33,554 bases of DNA from Octopus sinensis (GCF_006345805.1 NW_021832040.1:1-33554), one strand, 5' to 3'; shown: positions 1-12,556, numbered from the stretch's first letter. The notes: generated from the sequence alone by a model not told the origin. A program made the numbers and translations.

Positions 1-442
1 ACAGAAAGTCGTGTGTCTTTTTCGGTCAGCTGAAAGCAGTTTTGGCACAAACTTAGCAGACACGCCTCTCATACCCAAATCTTCATTGATAATGGACTAA
101 ACCATAACTAATATGCATATTCTCTGATAACTCACGGATGGTGATTCAACAATTTCCCCTCGCAGCTGCACCGCAGTCTTGCTGGTTGCGGGTCTTCCAG
201 AACATTCGTCAATATCGACATTTTTTTTGCTATCTTGGAAACGTCTGGTTAATGCGACGATCACATGCTACACACCTTCCTTCCAAGCACTGCTGTAAAC
301 AGCGAAAGTGAGCTAGAACGTTAAAACTTAATGCGCATGCACAGCAGAGTTCAAGGTCAATCTTTGCCAAGCAGCGTCACTCTGCATGCTTTAGCTTCGT
401 TACTATAGCAACAGTCCGGATACTTATTGACCAGACCTTGTG
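1..442 (-). mobile_element. Tc1/mariner DNA transposon, decayed 5' part (TIR plus transposase N-terminal remnant), runs off the window edge
   Basis: Minus-strand translation with frameshifts gives RRFQDSKKNVDIDECSGRPATS, ITIRELSENMHISYGLV and SIINEDLGMRGVSAKFVPKLLSAD (mariner RSGRP and WVPHEL-equivalent linker motifs). The end CAAGGTCTGGTCAATAAGTATCCGGA is mariner TIR-like and abuts (TA)n. Confidence 0.9.
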
Positions 443-502
<60 letters not shown>

Positions 503-534
503 AAGTGAACTTTTTATCTGGCAGAATTAGCTGT

Positions 535-582
<48 letters not shown>

Positions 583-790
583 ACACACACATACACACAC
601 ACACACGCACATTGGGCTTTCCACGTACACATACTTATGTCTGTTTACATTATATATACACACTTATATGTTTATACATCTGTTTATATATATTTGTGTG
701 TGTGTTTGTGCGAGCGTGTGTGTATGCGCGCACATGTGTGTATGTGTGTGTGTGTGGGGGGGGGGGTAAGTATGTATGTGTGTGTTTGCA
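443..790. repeat. Compound microsatellite (TA)n, (CA)n, (TG)n
   Basis: Directly visible. Confidence 0.95.
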
Positions 791-1000
791 TTTTTGTCTT
801 TGGTCCCTACCGTCGCTTAGCAACCAATGTTGCTTTGTTCACCTCTCGTAACTCGCAGTTCGGCAAAATGAAAAAGGGTCGAATGAATATGTACCAGGCT
901 TTACGCAAAAAAATGTAGCAGTCGATTTTTTCGAGTGAATCCTTCAAGGAAGGATTGTGGAATGGTCGCAGTCCAATGACTGAAGCAAGCAAAAGGTAAA
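790..1000 (+). mobile_element. Degenerate SINE-A 3' module
   Basis: Similar to 7620-7830 (GCTTAGCAACC...GTTCGGCAAAA...CGCAGTCCAATGACTGAA). Confidence 0.65.
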
Positions 1001-1306
1001 ACGCTATCTCATGAATCAATTATTTCAGAGGAAAACAATATTTCAAAAGAAATTACTATTTCACGTTTATTCTTTTATTCTTTCCCCTCATTTGACTGTG
1101 GCTATGCTGGAGCACCGCCTTAAACGGTTTTGGTCGAAGAAATCGACCTCAGAACGTATTTTTTTAAGCCAACCACGTATTCTATCGGTCTCTTTTGCCG
1201 AACCGCTAAGTTACAAGGACACAAGCACACCATCATCGGTTGTCAAGTGATGGTGGGGGGACAAACACAGACGCAAATATATATATACACACATACATAC
1301 ATACAT

Positions 1307-1365
<59 letters not shown>

Positions 1366-1633
1366 AAATAGTAGGGAATATGATTCCAAAACTCACAGGG
1401 AAAAATTCAATTTAACGATTTTAAATCAAATTTCACAATATATAATATATGTATATAATTTAGAGAAAGGCCTCTATTAAGCAATTCAATAAAGAAAGAT
1501 GTTATTCACACCGTAAAGTAAACATATAAAGACCTTAAGAATAAGGTTTTTATAGTATATGTTTTCTATATGGTGTGAATAACATCTTTCTTTATTGAAT
1601 TGTTTAATAGAAGTTTTTCTCTAAATTATATAC

Positions 1634-1639
<6 letters not shown>
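1366..1639 (+). mobile_element. AT-rich foldback element with a ~195 bp imperfect hairpin (1445-1639), inserted in (TA)n
   Basis: The left arm (ATATATGTATATAATTTAGAGAAA...GATGTTATTCACACC) is the reverse complement of the right arm. The unique part is homologous to 3505-3632 on the opposite strand. Confidence 0.75.
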
Positions 1640-1665
<26 letters not shown>

Positions 1666-2013
1666 TTCCAAATACGCCAGCTAAACTAAGTTGTACTGTT
1701 TATTAGTCGTAAGACACCTGCTGTTTTTGTCCTATTTTTACCATTATTGTTTTTTGTATTCTATATTCATGTGGCATCGTCCGTTTTTCTGTCCCTGTTT
1801 CGTATACATTCGATCCTTTTTCCAAGAAATCTAATGCTCGTAGCTTAGCTTTTCCTTGGGACTGGCCGGATCGGAGCGATCTCAAGATTAATCAACCGAA
1901 ATTGCTAGGATGATCCGGTTCTTGACTGAAGATTGAAGGCTTCGAATGTCCCGTCCGTGTTTTTTGTATCGTCTTCTAAATGTTTTACGTTCTTGTCCCA
2001 GTTTGTATTTTTC

Positions 2014-2017
<4 letters not shown>
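1666..2017 (+). mobile_element. Microsatellite-embedded short repeat, Penelope pLTR-like, with conserved motif GACTGAAGATTGAAGGCTTCGAATG
   Basis: Partial copies at 30611-30725 (+) and 11730-11815 (-), a diverged relative at 33300-33554; the three close copies abut (TA)n/(TG)n. The PLE assignment is an inference. Confidence 0.6.
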
Positions 2018-2061
<44 letters not shown>

Positions 2062-2384
2062 CGGACTTCTTTTCAGTTTTCGCCTACAAAATCCACTCAC
2101 AAGGCTCTGGTCGGCACTAGGTGCCATGCAGTGGTACTGAACTCGGAACCATGTGGTTGGGAAGCAAGCGTCTTACCACACAGCCACGCATGCACCTCGT
2201 TATTTGTTATCTTTTACTTGTTTCAATCACTGTACCAAAAGTAACCAGCTTTGCTAGAAATAGGAGTCAACATCCCAAAGCCTCAAATTTCTCACTTTAA
2301 ATAAACATGCACAGTTAATGCAGCGAATATAAGAAAAATAGCTCCTTACCTTTGCAAAAACCACAAAGTAAAGAACAGATATCT

Positions 2385-2715
2385 TAGCCTCAATCGATTT
2401 CACCTTTTGTGCTAAAATCACTGAGGATCATCAGTTAAGCTTACTGATTTTTCAAAATATACTCACTACACCCTGCACGTCTGTTTACTTGAATGCCCCG
2501 GCGACATTCAAAGACGAACAATAATGAATAAAGATTGTTTGCCAACATAACATGGCAGTCCTGGTTTAGGACGAATGTGGCTGTAATTTAGCCCCAGGAG
2601 ACATCGTCTCCAGCTGGCTGTACGACGCGATCTGTCTCCTTATATTTTCGAACGAGGGAACCCTGCACCCCCACTCAGCTCAAAACAATATCTGTGTATC
2701 GCGATTTTCAGGTTA
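2385..2715 (-). mobile_element. Diverged relative of the 16047-16500 hammerhead element
   Basis: Shares TAGCCCCAGGAGA(A)CATCGTCTCCAGCTGGCT (2589-2619 vs 16155-16186). A hammerhead-like 3' half ACCTGAAAATCGCGATA lies at the equivalent upstream position (2697-2713). Confidence 0.6.
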
Positions 2716-2730
2716 TTCATAATGAATAAG

Positions 2731-2735
<5 letters not shown>

Positions 2736-2768
<33 letters not shown>

Positions 2769-3060
2769 CTCACACACAAACACACTTGCACACACACACA
2801 AACACACATACGCACACAAACACACACACACACACACACACACAAACGCTCACACACAAACACACATACACACACACACAAACACATACAAACACATACG
2901 CACACAAACGCGCGCACACACACACACACACAAACGCTCACACACAAACACACATACACACACACACAAACACATACAAACACACACAAACACACACACA
3001 CACACACACATACACACACAAACACACACACACAAACACACACACACAAAACACACATAC
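2736..3060. repeat. Interrupted (CA)n array
   Basis: Directly visible. Confidence 0.95.
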
Positions 3061-3221
3061 GACAGACTTCCACAGAGTTTCCGTCAACTAAATTCACTCG
3101 CGAGACATTAGTCGAGCCGGAACCATTGTAGAAGACACGTGTCCAAGGTACTGCAAAGTGGGACTGAACCCGAATTCACATAATTGCAAACTGGGCTTCT
3201 TAATCACACGGCCATGCCAGC
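3061..3221 (-). mobile_element. Degenerate SINE-A head
   Basis: Similar to the reverse complement of 7410-7572. Confidence 0.7.
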
Positions 3222-3236
3222 AATTTTTGCTATATA

Positions 3237-3900
<664 letters not shown>

Positions 3901-4354
3901 AAAAAAAAAAATAAGGAAATAAACTGATAAATTTTCTCCGCTTATTTTACGTCAAATATCCATTGCTTAAATTTCTTTAACGGATGAGTCTAGCACAATG
4001 AGAGCCATTTCATTAAGTTCGACCTAATTCATAACACATTGGTACTTACAGAATCTTACATTTTGAACATCATCCTTGGACGAGCCTTCAAACTTGACGC
4101 CGTCGTTTCATGGATCATTACAATCTGATTCAGTTCTCGTGTAGCGAACATCACAAATAACTAAATGAATTCAATCAGTGCGTATCATACTTGATATTCG
4201 TTGTTAATGTTATTACCAAATTTAACCCTGTCCCTACCTACACCACTTACGACTGTGGCTATATCATTTTCGAAATGAACGATGGATTTAGAAAATTTTG
4301 TTTCTGAAAGTTCCATAATTTATTTATTTTTGCCGTCAGGTAAACTTTCATAAA

Positions 4355-4722
4355 AGCGGAGGCGCGTGGCTTAGTGGTTAGGGTGTCAGCATCATGATCG
4401 TACGATTGTGGTTTCGATTCCTGGACCGGGCGACGCGTTGTGTTCTTGAGCAAAACACTTCATTCCACGTTGCTCCTGTCCACTCAGCCGGCAAAAATGA
4501 GTAACGCTGCGATGGACTGGCTTCCCGTCCAGCTGGGGAACACATACGCTATAGAAACCGGGAAACCGGGCCCATTTGTGAAAGTGCGTGGCTTAGTGGT
4601 TAGGGTGTCAGCATCATGATCGTAAGATTGTGGTTTCGATTCCTGGACCGGGCGACGCGTTGTGTTCTTGAGCAAAACACTTGAGCGCCACAAAAAGGGC
4701 GCATTTATTTATTATTCATTCA
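4355..4722 (+). mobile_element. tRNA-derived SINE-D with a duplicated head, single insertion
   Basis: A-box TGGCTTAGTGG and B-box-like GGTTTCGATTCC both occur twice (heads at ~4358 and ~4585); 13-bp TSD AAACTTTCATAAA at 4342-4354 and 4723-4735. Confidence 0.85.
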
Positions 4723-4819
4723 AAACTTTCATAAATTCTAATTATTCCTAAATTTCAGTACAAGTCCACACCAGCACATTCATTAAAATTCAAATAACTA
4801 CATTGAAAGAAAGATATAT

Positions 4820-5605
4820 CGTTGTCATCATCAGCTCTTTGCCTCGTTTCCGAAAATTCATTTCTTTCTTTGCTGAACGCTTCTTTATGGTGATGCCGTT
4901 GATGATTCTGTAGACCAATTCTTGCATAGAAAAGTCGATGGCATTGACTGTATGGTAACGTCGGTGGAGGACGCGGTTGATTTTTACTCTTCTACTCTTT
5001 ACTCTTTTACTTGTTTCAGTCATTTGACTGCGGCCATGCTGGAGCACCGCCTTTAGTCGAGCATATCGACCCCAGGACTTATTCTTTGTAAGCCTAGTAC
5101 CTATTCTATCGGGTATCTTTTGCCGAACCGCTAAGTTACGGGGACGTAAACACACCAGCATCGGTTGTCAAGCGATGTTGAGGAGGGGGCGGACAAACAC
5201 AGACACACAAGCACACACACATATACATACATATACATATATACGACAGGCGTCTTTCAGTTTCCGTCTACCAAATCCACTCACAAGGCTTTGGTCGGCC
5301 CAAGGTGCCACGCAGTGGGACTGAACCAGGAACCATGTGGTTTGATTTCTTCCTCTTCTTTTCTGGGTATCTTCGAAGTTTTTGTTTCCGATGGTGATGG
5401 AGCACAGCCCCTTGGTACGGCCCCGGGCTTGTCTTACAAACGATTTAGGCTCAATTCCAGTGACTTTTATTGTTACTTTGAGTTGGTCCTTGTATCTTTG
5501 AAGAGGTCAACCCAGTGGCCTTTTTCTTGAAGTGAGCCAACAGAATAAAACTTGGCGTGGTAACGTTGATTCTTCCATTCTTGCTGCATGCTCTGACCAC
5601 CGAAA
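4820..5605 (-). mobile_element. RTE-clade LINE, 5'-truncated 3' end, interrupted by a SINE
   Basis: RWSEHAARMEESTLPRQVLFCWLTSRKRPLG*PLQRYKDQLK...FEDTQKRRGRN continues in frame after removing the SINE as QPRPPPTLPYSQCHRLFYARIGLQNHQRHH (RTE C-terminal zinc-finger-like motif). (GAT)-type tail; candidate TSD AAAGATATAT at 4810-4819 and 5606-5615. Confidence 0.88.
4984..5341 (-). mobile_element. SINE-A, 5'-truncated, nested in the RTE
   Basis: Matches 7450-7830 with a short internal deletion; TSD TTGATTT at 4977-4983 and 5342-5348. Confidence 0.9.
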
Positions 5606-6404
5606 AAAGATATATATATATATATATATCCATCTAAAGAAATACTGAATTTTTCAAAATTCATCATTCCTTTACAATTAAAGCGTGGAAAACATATATT
5701 AACAATTCAAACACACATAAAAACTGTTAACTTCACTAAAACATTTATTATTTGCTATCAAAATATTTTACGAAATTCAAAGCTTTTGTGTTTCTGAATG
5801 GTTAATGTCTTTCATATAATAATTGTTTTAGTTTCAGCTCACGGTCTCAAATCAAATCAGTTACCGGACTAATATATCTCCGAAGCTTTGTTTTTGTAAT
5901 TCAACTAATTATAATTATTTTCATTAAATCATATTGGCATTGATTCATTCATGTTAAACGAGAACCATTCTTTGGTAAAACTGACCATTTATCATCAACA
6001 GCTTCCCTAATATAATCACGATTAATTATTGCATTGACGAAAAATCCAAGAGAAACGAATTCGGTTATTATTTCTTGCATAGCTCCGGTTTATTATTACA
6101 ATAAAGAACATTTCGCTTTTGCGTTTGATTTATAAGATTCTTAATGTGAACTCGAGTGTTGAAGCATATTTTGTTGTATCCCGGATAGGTCATTACACCA
6201 ATAATAAACTCCCGCACTGGTTCTATTTCAATCAGATTATTATCACTCAATTCGATAACATTTAAGCAATTAGCTGATCACTTGTTTGATTAATAGTTCG
6301 TGTAATTAAAATTAGCTAAATTTGTCAAAATCCTTTCGTCACTATTCGCGAACTCATCAATACAAGTTAGTAAATTAGTGAAATAAACGTAAATTAGTTG
6401 ACTA

Positions 6405-6422
6405 ATGATAATAATAATAATA

Positions 6423-6473
<51 letters not shown>

Positions 6474-6549
6474 CAAAAGTGAAATAAAATCACTGCGTGC
6501 GTTTATTATTGGTACAATGACTCTCTTGAGATACAATAAAGAAGGTTTC

Positions 6550-6614
<65 letters not shown>

Positions 6615-7126
6615 GTGTGTGTGTGTGTGAGTGAGTGAGTGAGTGTGTGAGCGTGTGTGAGTGTGAGTGAATGAGTGAGTGTGTGAGTGAGTGAGTGAAT
6701 GAGTGAGTGAGTGAGTGAGTGAGTGAGTGTGTGTGTGTGTGAGTGAGTGAGTGAGTGTGTGAGTGAGTGAGTGAGTGTGTGAATGAGTGAGTGAGTGAAT
6801 GAGTGAGTGTGTGAGTGAGTGAGTGAGTGAGTGAATGAGTGAGTGAGTGAGTGAGCGAGTGAGTGAATGAGTGAGTGAATGAGTGTGTGAGTGAGCGAGT
6901 GAGCGAGTGAGTGAATGAGTGAGTGAGTGTGTGAGTGAGGGAGTGAGTGAATGAGTGAGTGAATGAGTGAGTGAGTGAGTGAGTGAGTGAGTGTGTGAGT
7001 GAGTGAGTGAGTGAGTGAGTGAATGAGTGAGTGTGTGAGTAAGTGAGTGAGTGAGTGAATGAGTGAGTGAGTGAGTGAGTGAGTGAGTGAGTGAGGGAGG
7101 GAGTGAGTGAGTGAGTGAGTGAGTGA
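6405..7126. repeat. (AAT)n 6405-6470, (ATT)n 6550-6612 and a (GAGT)n array ~6625-7126
   Basis: Directly visible. Confidence 0.95.
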
Positions 7127-7409
7127 ATCGATTTATTCCGGAGAAGATTCATCGATATCAATTGGAATTTTTGAGAAAAGATCATTGTAAACTATTTTTA
7201 AATGGTATAAAAATTGCTTTACAGCTATTTGTTGCTTAATAACCAGGAATTACCAAGAAATGCCAAGCAATTTCAGTTATTTCCCATTGCATTTTCATCA
7301 AATTTCTCAGGAATTTGGAATTCACAAATCCCGAGAGAGAAGCCCTATTAATTCTGCTAGACTATTTCAATACAGCATTCAGTTAACTGCCATCAAATAC
7401 ATGCGAACA

Positions 7410-7580
7410 GGCGCAGGAGTGGCTGTGTGGTAAGTAGCTTGCTAACCAACCACATGGTTCCGGGTTCAGTCCCACTGCGTGGCACCTTGGGCAAGTGTCT
7501 TCTGCTATAGCCCCGGGCCGACCAATGCCTTGTGAGTGGATTTGGTAGACGGAAACTGAAAGAAGCCTGTCGTATATATG

Positions 7581-7613
<33 letters not shown>

Positions 7614-7834
7614 TTGTGTGTCTGTGTTTGTCCCCCTAGCATTGCTTGACAAACGATGCTGGTTTGTTTACGTCCCCGTCACCTAGCGGTTCGGCAAAAG
7701 AGACCGATAGAATAAATACTGGGCTTACAAAGAATAAGTCCCGGGGTTGATTTGCTCGACTAAAAAGGCAGTGCTCCAGCACGGCCGCAGTCAAATGACT
7801 GAAACAAGTAAAAGAGTAAAAGAGAGTAAAGAGT
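7410..7834 (+). mobile_element. Full-length tRNA-derived SINE-A (head, internal TA/TG microsatellite, 3' module, GTAAAAGA-type tail)
   Basis: A-box TGGCTGTGTGG, B-box GGTTCAGTCCC, CORE-like CCTTGGGCAAGT; more than ten homologous pieces in this window. Confidence 0.92.
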
Positions 7835-8779
7835 ATGTGACAAATATGAGAGGATAATCGCGAGCCTTCGATCTATTATTAAAATAAACCTTCCGCGTGT
7901 TTCAAAGAAATATCTGTTGTCAGCTACATTGAAGGCATTTATTTTTGACCAAGCGAATGGAAATTCAAGAAGGCAGAGTATGTATCTCGGGGTAGAGTTC
8001 TGAATACTACATAGAAACATACGTAGGATTCTGTAATATAGTGAACTGAAGAATTTTCGATTAACTGAAATTATCCATTCAGTTAGTAGACGACAACTCC
8101 CTCTGGTGATATTTAAAATCTAAAACTTACAGCCATAGGGGACAACTCTAATATCAACTAAGAAGTTCTGTGAAAATTAAGATAATTCTCAAGGATGTGA
8201 ACCTTGTTTTTAGAGTGAAATAGTGAAAGCAACGGAGCTGTTTCGATGTTATTTAATTTCCTCAGTTGACAAGACTTAGGCGTCTTATGTAAAATTTTTA
8301 CTAACAGAATGTTTCGTGACTTGAAAGCCAAGCCTCAGAAAACGATATACTGTGAAAAATGTCGCAAACCAAGCTCCATTTCCACGAGGGCGTTTTTTTT
8401 GGGGCCTAAGCTAATCGAGCAAAATATGCGCCATTTTAAAATAATATATCCCTACCATTCTTTGCCCGATGTTTCCATTGGTGCCTATCAAATAATTTCT
8501 TTCTCGGTCAGACTTACTTATTTTAAATAATTTCAAAGAGGACTTTACACAACCGTTCTAAGTAATATATGTATGCCTGTGTGGGTGAGTATGTGTATGC
8601 ATGAACATGTGTAACCTGACTTTAACATATACGTATTTATGTTATACATTGGATAAACATTATCTGCTATAGAACTCTATATAATTCAAAAGGCAAAAAA
8701 TAAAAAAGGAAAAACGGTATATGCCAAATTTTTTATACCATAACGGGTAAGTTTCACTGCATGGTTCCGCTTACAGTAA

Positions 8780-8931
8780 TTATATATATATGTATATATA
8801 TGTGTGTGTATATATATATATATATGTATGTATATATGTATGCATGTATGTATGTATGTATGTATGTATGTATGTATGTATGTATGTATGTATGTATGTA
8901 TGTATGTTGTATGTATGTATGTATCTATCTA

Positions 8932-8970
<39 letters not shown>

Positions 8971-9120
8971 GAGAGAGAGAGAGATATGTACGAAAATATA
9001 TATTTATATAATTTACTACTAGCAATAACCACGCCTCGGATTTAGTTCACTGGTCATGGTACCGCCTCTTCACAAAGTTATATATATTATATATTATATA
9101 TACATATATAAATATATACT

Positions 9121-9198
<78 letters not shown>

Positions 9199-9590
9199 AT
9201 ATATATATGCATGTATGTATATATATATATATATATTATATATATAAATATACACATACATATACACACATATATACACATAGATAAATAGATAAAGATA
9301 CTTATATGTACATTCATATGAATATTTATATGTTCAAATATATATATATATATATATATATATTTATGTATGCATGTATGTATGTGTGTATATATGTATA
9401 TGTGTAAAATCATATATATATATATATATATATACACGTATATTTTTATATATGTTCTCCCGCACACTTTGACTCTCCATCCATTTCCTTCTCGCTTCTC
9501 TTTGTCTATATGTACTCGCACGCGCGTGTGTGCGCGTGTGTACATGAGTATGTATGTGCGCGTGTGTACATGAGTATGTATGTGCGCGTG
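8780..9590. repeat. (TA)n/(TATG)n/(GA)n low-complexity region
   Basis: Directly visible. Confidence 0.9.
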
Positions 9591-9599
9591 TTCGTGTGC

Positions 9600-9735
9600 C
9601 ACGCTTCTTATAAGAATTATGTTAAGTGCACACATGCCTGTGAAGCGCCTGGCCACTTAGACGTTGATTCAGGAGCAAGTCACTCACTTGACCAAACAAC
9701 TGAATTGGATCTTCGTCTTCGGGCAACGGAGATCC
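9600..9735 (+). mobile_element. Old fragment of the SINE-C 3' module
   Basis: Similar to 25165-25295 (AGAATTATGTTAAG...GCCACTTAGACGTT...ACGGAG). Confidence 0.6.
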
Positions 9736-9737
9736 AC

Positions 9738-10441
9738 CACACACACACAGATACACACACACACACAGATACACACACACACAGATACACACACACACAC
9801 AGATACACACACACAGATACACACACACACAGATACACACACACACAGATACACACACACACAGATACACACAACACAGATACACACACACACAGATACA
9901 CACACACACACAGATACACACACACACAGATACACACACACACAGATACACACACACACAGATACACACACACACAGATACACACACACACACAGATACA
10001 CACACACACAGATACACACACACACACAGATACACACACACACAGATACACACACACACAGATACACACACACACAGATACCACACACACACAGATACAC
10101 ACACACACAGATACACACACACACAGATACACACACACACACAGATACACACACACACAGATACACACCACACACACAGATACACACACACACAGATACA
10201 CACACAACAGATACACACACACACAGATACACACACACACACAGATACACACACACACAGATACACACACACACAGATACACACACACACAGATACACAC
10301 ACACACACAGATACACACACACACAGATACACACACACACACACAGATACACACACACACAGATACACACACACAGATACACACACACACAGATACACAC
10401 ACACACAGATACACACACACACAGATACACACACACACACA
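9738..10441. repeat. [(CA)nGATA] compound minisatellite, unit mostly ~16-20 bp
   Basis: Directly visible. Confidence 0.95.
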
Positions 10442-10564
10442 CTTTGAAGTATACAACACGTGGTAAGAAGTTTGCTTCCCAACCGCAAAGCCTTCTCAAA
10501 GGATTTAGTAGGTGAACTCCGAAAGAAGCCCGTCGTGTTTATGTGTGTATGTGTGTATATTTGT

Positions 10565-10621
<57 letters not shown>

Positions 10622-10704
10622 TGAGAGAGTGAGTGTTTGTGTGTGTGTGTGTATGTGTACATGCAAATATATGTGCATATATATATTTATATATATATAT
10701 ACAT

Positions 10705-10843
10705 TAGCTTGCTTACGAACCACATGGCTCTGGGTTCAGTCTCACTGCGTGGCACCTTGGGCAAGTGTCTTCTACTATAGCCCTCGGGTCAACCAATGCT
10801 TTGTGTGTGGATTTGGTAGACGAAAACTGAAAGAAACCCGTCG
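10705..10843 (+). mobile_element. SINE-A head
   Basis: Matches 7434-7572. Confidence 0.85.
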
Positions 10844-10855
10844 TATATATGTATA

Positions 10856-11216
10856 TACTCTTTACTCTTTTTTACTCTCTTACTTGTTTCAGTCATTTGA
10901 CTGCGGCCATGCTGGAGCACCGCCTTTAGTCGAGCAACTCAACCTCGAGACTTATTCTTTGTAAGCCCAGTACTTATTTTATCGGTCGCTTTTGCCGAAC
11001 CGCTAAGTGACGGGGACATAAACACACCAGCATCGGTTGTCAAGCAATGCTCGGAGGACAAACACAGACACACAAACACACACACATACCCACACACACA
11101 CACACACATATATATATATGTATGTATATACGACGGGCTTCTTTCAGTTTCCGTCTACCAAATCCACTCACAAGGCATTGGTCGGCCCGAGGCAATAGTA
11201 GAAGACACTTGCCCAA
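10856..11216 (-). mobile_element. SINE-A, 5'-truncated
   Basis: Matches the reverse complement of 7487-7830. Confidence 0.9.
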
Positions 11217-11234
11217 TTGCTGATTAATATATAT

Positions 11235-11508
11235 ATGAAAAATAAGAAAATGGAGATATAGCATTTAATAAAAAATTTATTAAGACTTAGTCTACTGTGA
11301 TGGTTCCAAAACTACAACACATAAAAAATCTAAGAGTATATCCTTTTCTACCCCTCTGAAGAAATTTTGCTCTCCAAAAGGATTTTAATAATATTTGTTA
11401 ATATTTATTTAATTGGGCTTAAGTGAAACAGCTGTAATGGACTATGTTTGATTTTTGCTGACAATAAACCTTTATTAAAAGCTATATGTCCATTTTCTTA
11501 TTTTTCAT
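11235..11508 (+). mobile_element. AT-rich element with ~47-bp inverted arms enclosing a hammerhead-like motif (PLE pLTR-like)
   Basis: Arms at 11235-11281 and 11463-11508; CTGAAGA at 11356-11362 and GAAACAGCTGTA at 11425-11436. Confidence 0.6.
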
Positions 11509-11685
11509 TTCAATGATTATAAACCATGGTTTATATTCAAACCTATTATTTTACGAATATCATTATTGCCAATAATTATTAGGTTTCGAACCAGTAATTC
11601 CTTGGATGATACCAACTCCTAACGAGGGATGATACTATTCCTTAACGAGGGATGATATATTGAATGTATCGATATATATATATAT

Positions 11686-11723
<38 letters not shown>

Positions 11724-11729
11724 ATAAAT

Positions 11730-11815
11730 ATTTTATATATAAAGAACGTGAAATACAGGAAGGGACAAACACGGAACACAGACAAATCATTCGAAGCCTT
11801 CAATCTTCAGTCAGA
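11730..11815 (-). mobile_element. Fragment of the 1666-2017 family
   Basis: Reverse complement of GACTGAAGATTGAAGGCTTCGAATG at 11788-11812. Confidence 0.65.
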
Positions 11816-11822
11816 CACCAAA

Positions 11823-11863
<41 letters not shown>

Positions 11864-12068
11864 ATGTTTGTATTTTCGACAGCACTGTATCATAACCGGT
11901 GTTGGTTCATTTACGTCCCGTAAATTAGCATTTAGGAAAAAGGAGAATGAAAAAGAAAGTACCCGCTTTAAAAGTGACCGTGACGGTCAATGTGTTAAAC
12001 TAAAATCTTGAAGGGCATGGCCTAGCACGGCCGCTGACCAATGACGGATGTAAGTAAAATTTAAAAAT

Positions 12069-12128
12069 ATACATACATACATACATACATACATACATAC
12101 ATACATACATACATACATACATACATAC

Positions 12129-12159
<31 letters not shown>

Positions 12160-12176
12160 CATACATACATACATAC

Positions 12177-12207
<31 letters not shown>

Positions 12208-12284
12208 CATACATACATACATACATACATACATACATACATACATACATACATACATACATACATACATACATACATACATAC

Positions 12285-12315
<31 letters not shown>

Positions 12316-12556
12316 CATACATACATACATACATACATACATACAAACAAACAAAAATACCCTGTTGTTGATGTTGAAATTCCAATGAAGGAGCCTTGGA
12401 TCTAGGTTAGAAACCGGTTCTTTCTCTATTGGCAAGAAATCTTGAAATAAACTGAGTAATGACTTACATACATACATGCATACATACCTACACACATAAT
12501 TACATCCATCAATCCATCGATCCATCCATACATACATACATACATATATACATACA

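Larger units (their letters stand above)
1068..2196 (-). mobile_element. SINE-A copy (3' module 1068-1275, tRNA-like head 2060-2196) stretched by insertions into its internal microsatellite
   Basis: Both modules match the full copy at 7410-7834, in the correct order and same orientation, separated by (CA)/(TA)/(TG) tracts and two nested elements. Confidence 0.75.

Noticed and set aside
4040-4130. Possible minus-strand exon ending at GTAAG donors
   Set aside because: No convincing acceptor or recognisable protein
6068-6277. Possible minus-strand exon with LRR-like LNVIELSDNNLIEIEP
   Set aside because: A single weak motif, a poor acceptor site and no neighbouring exons; cannot be supported without homology or RNA data
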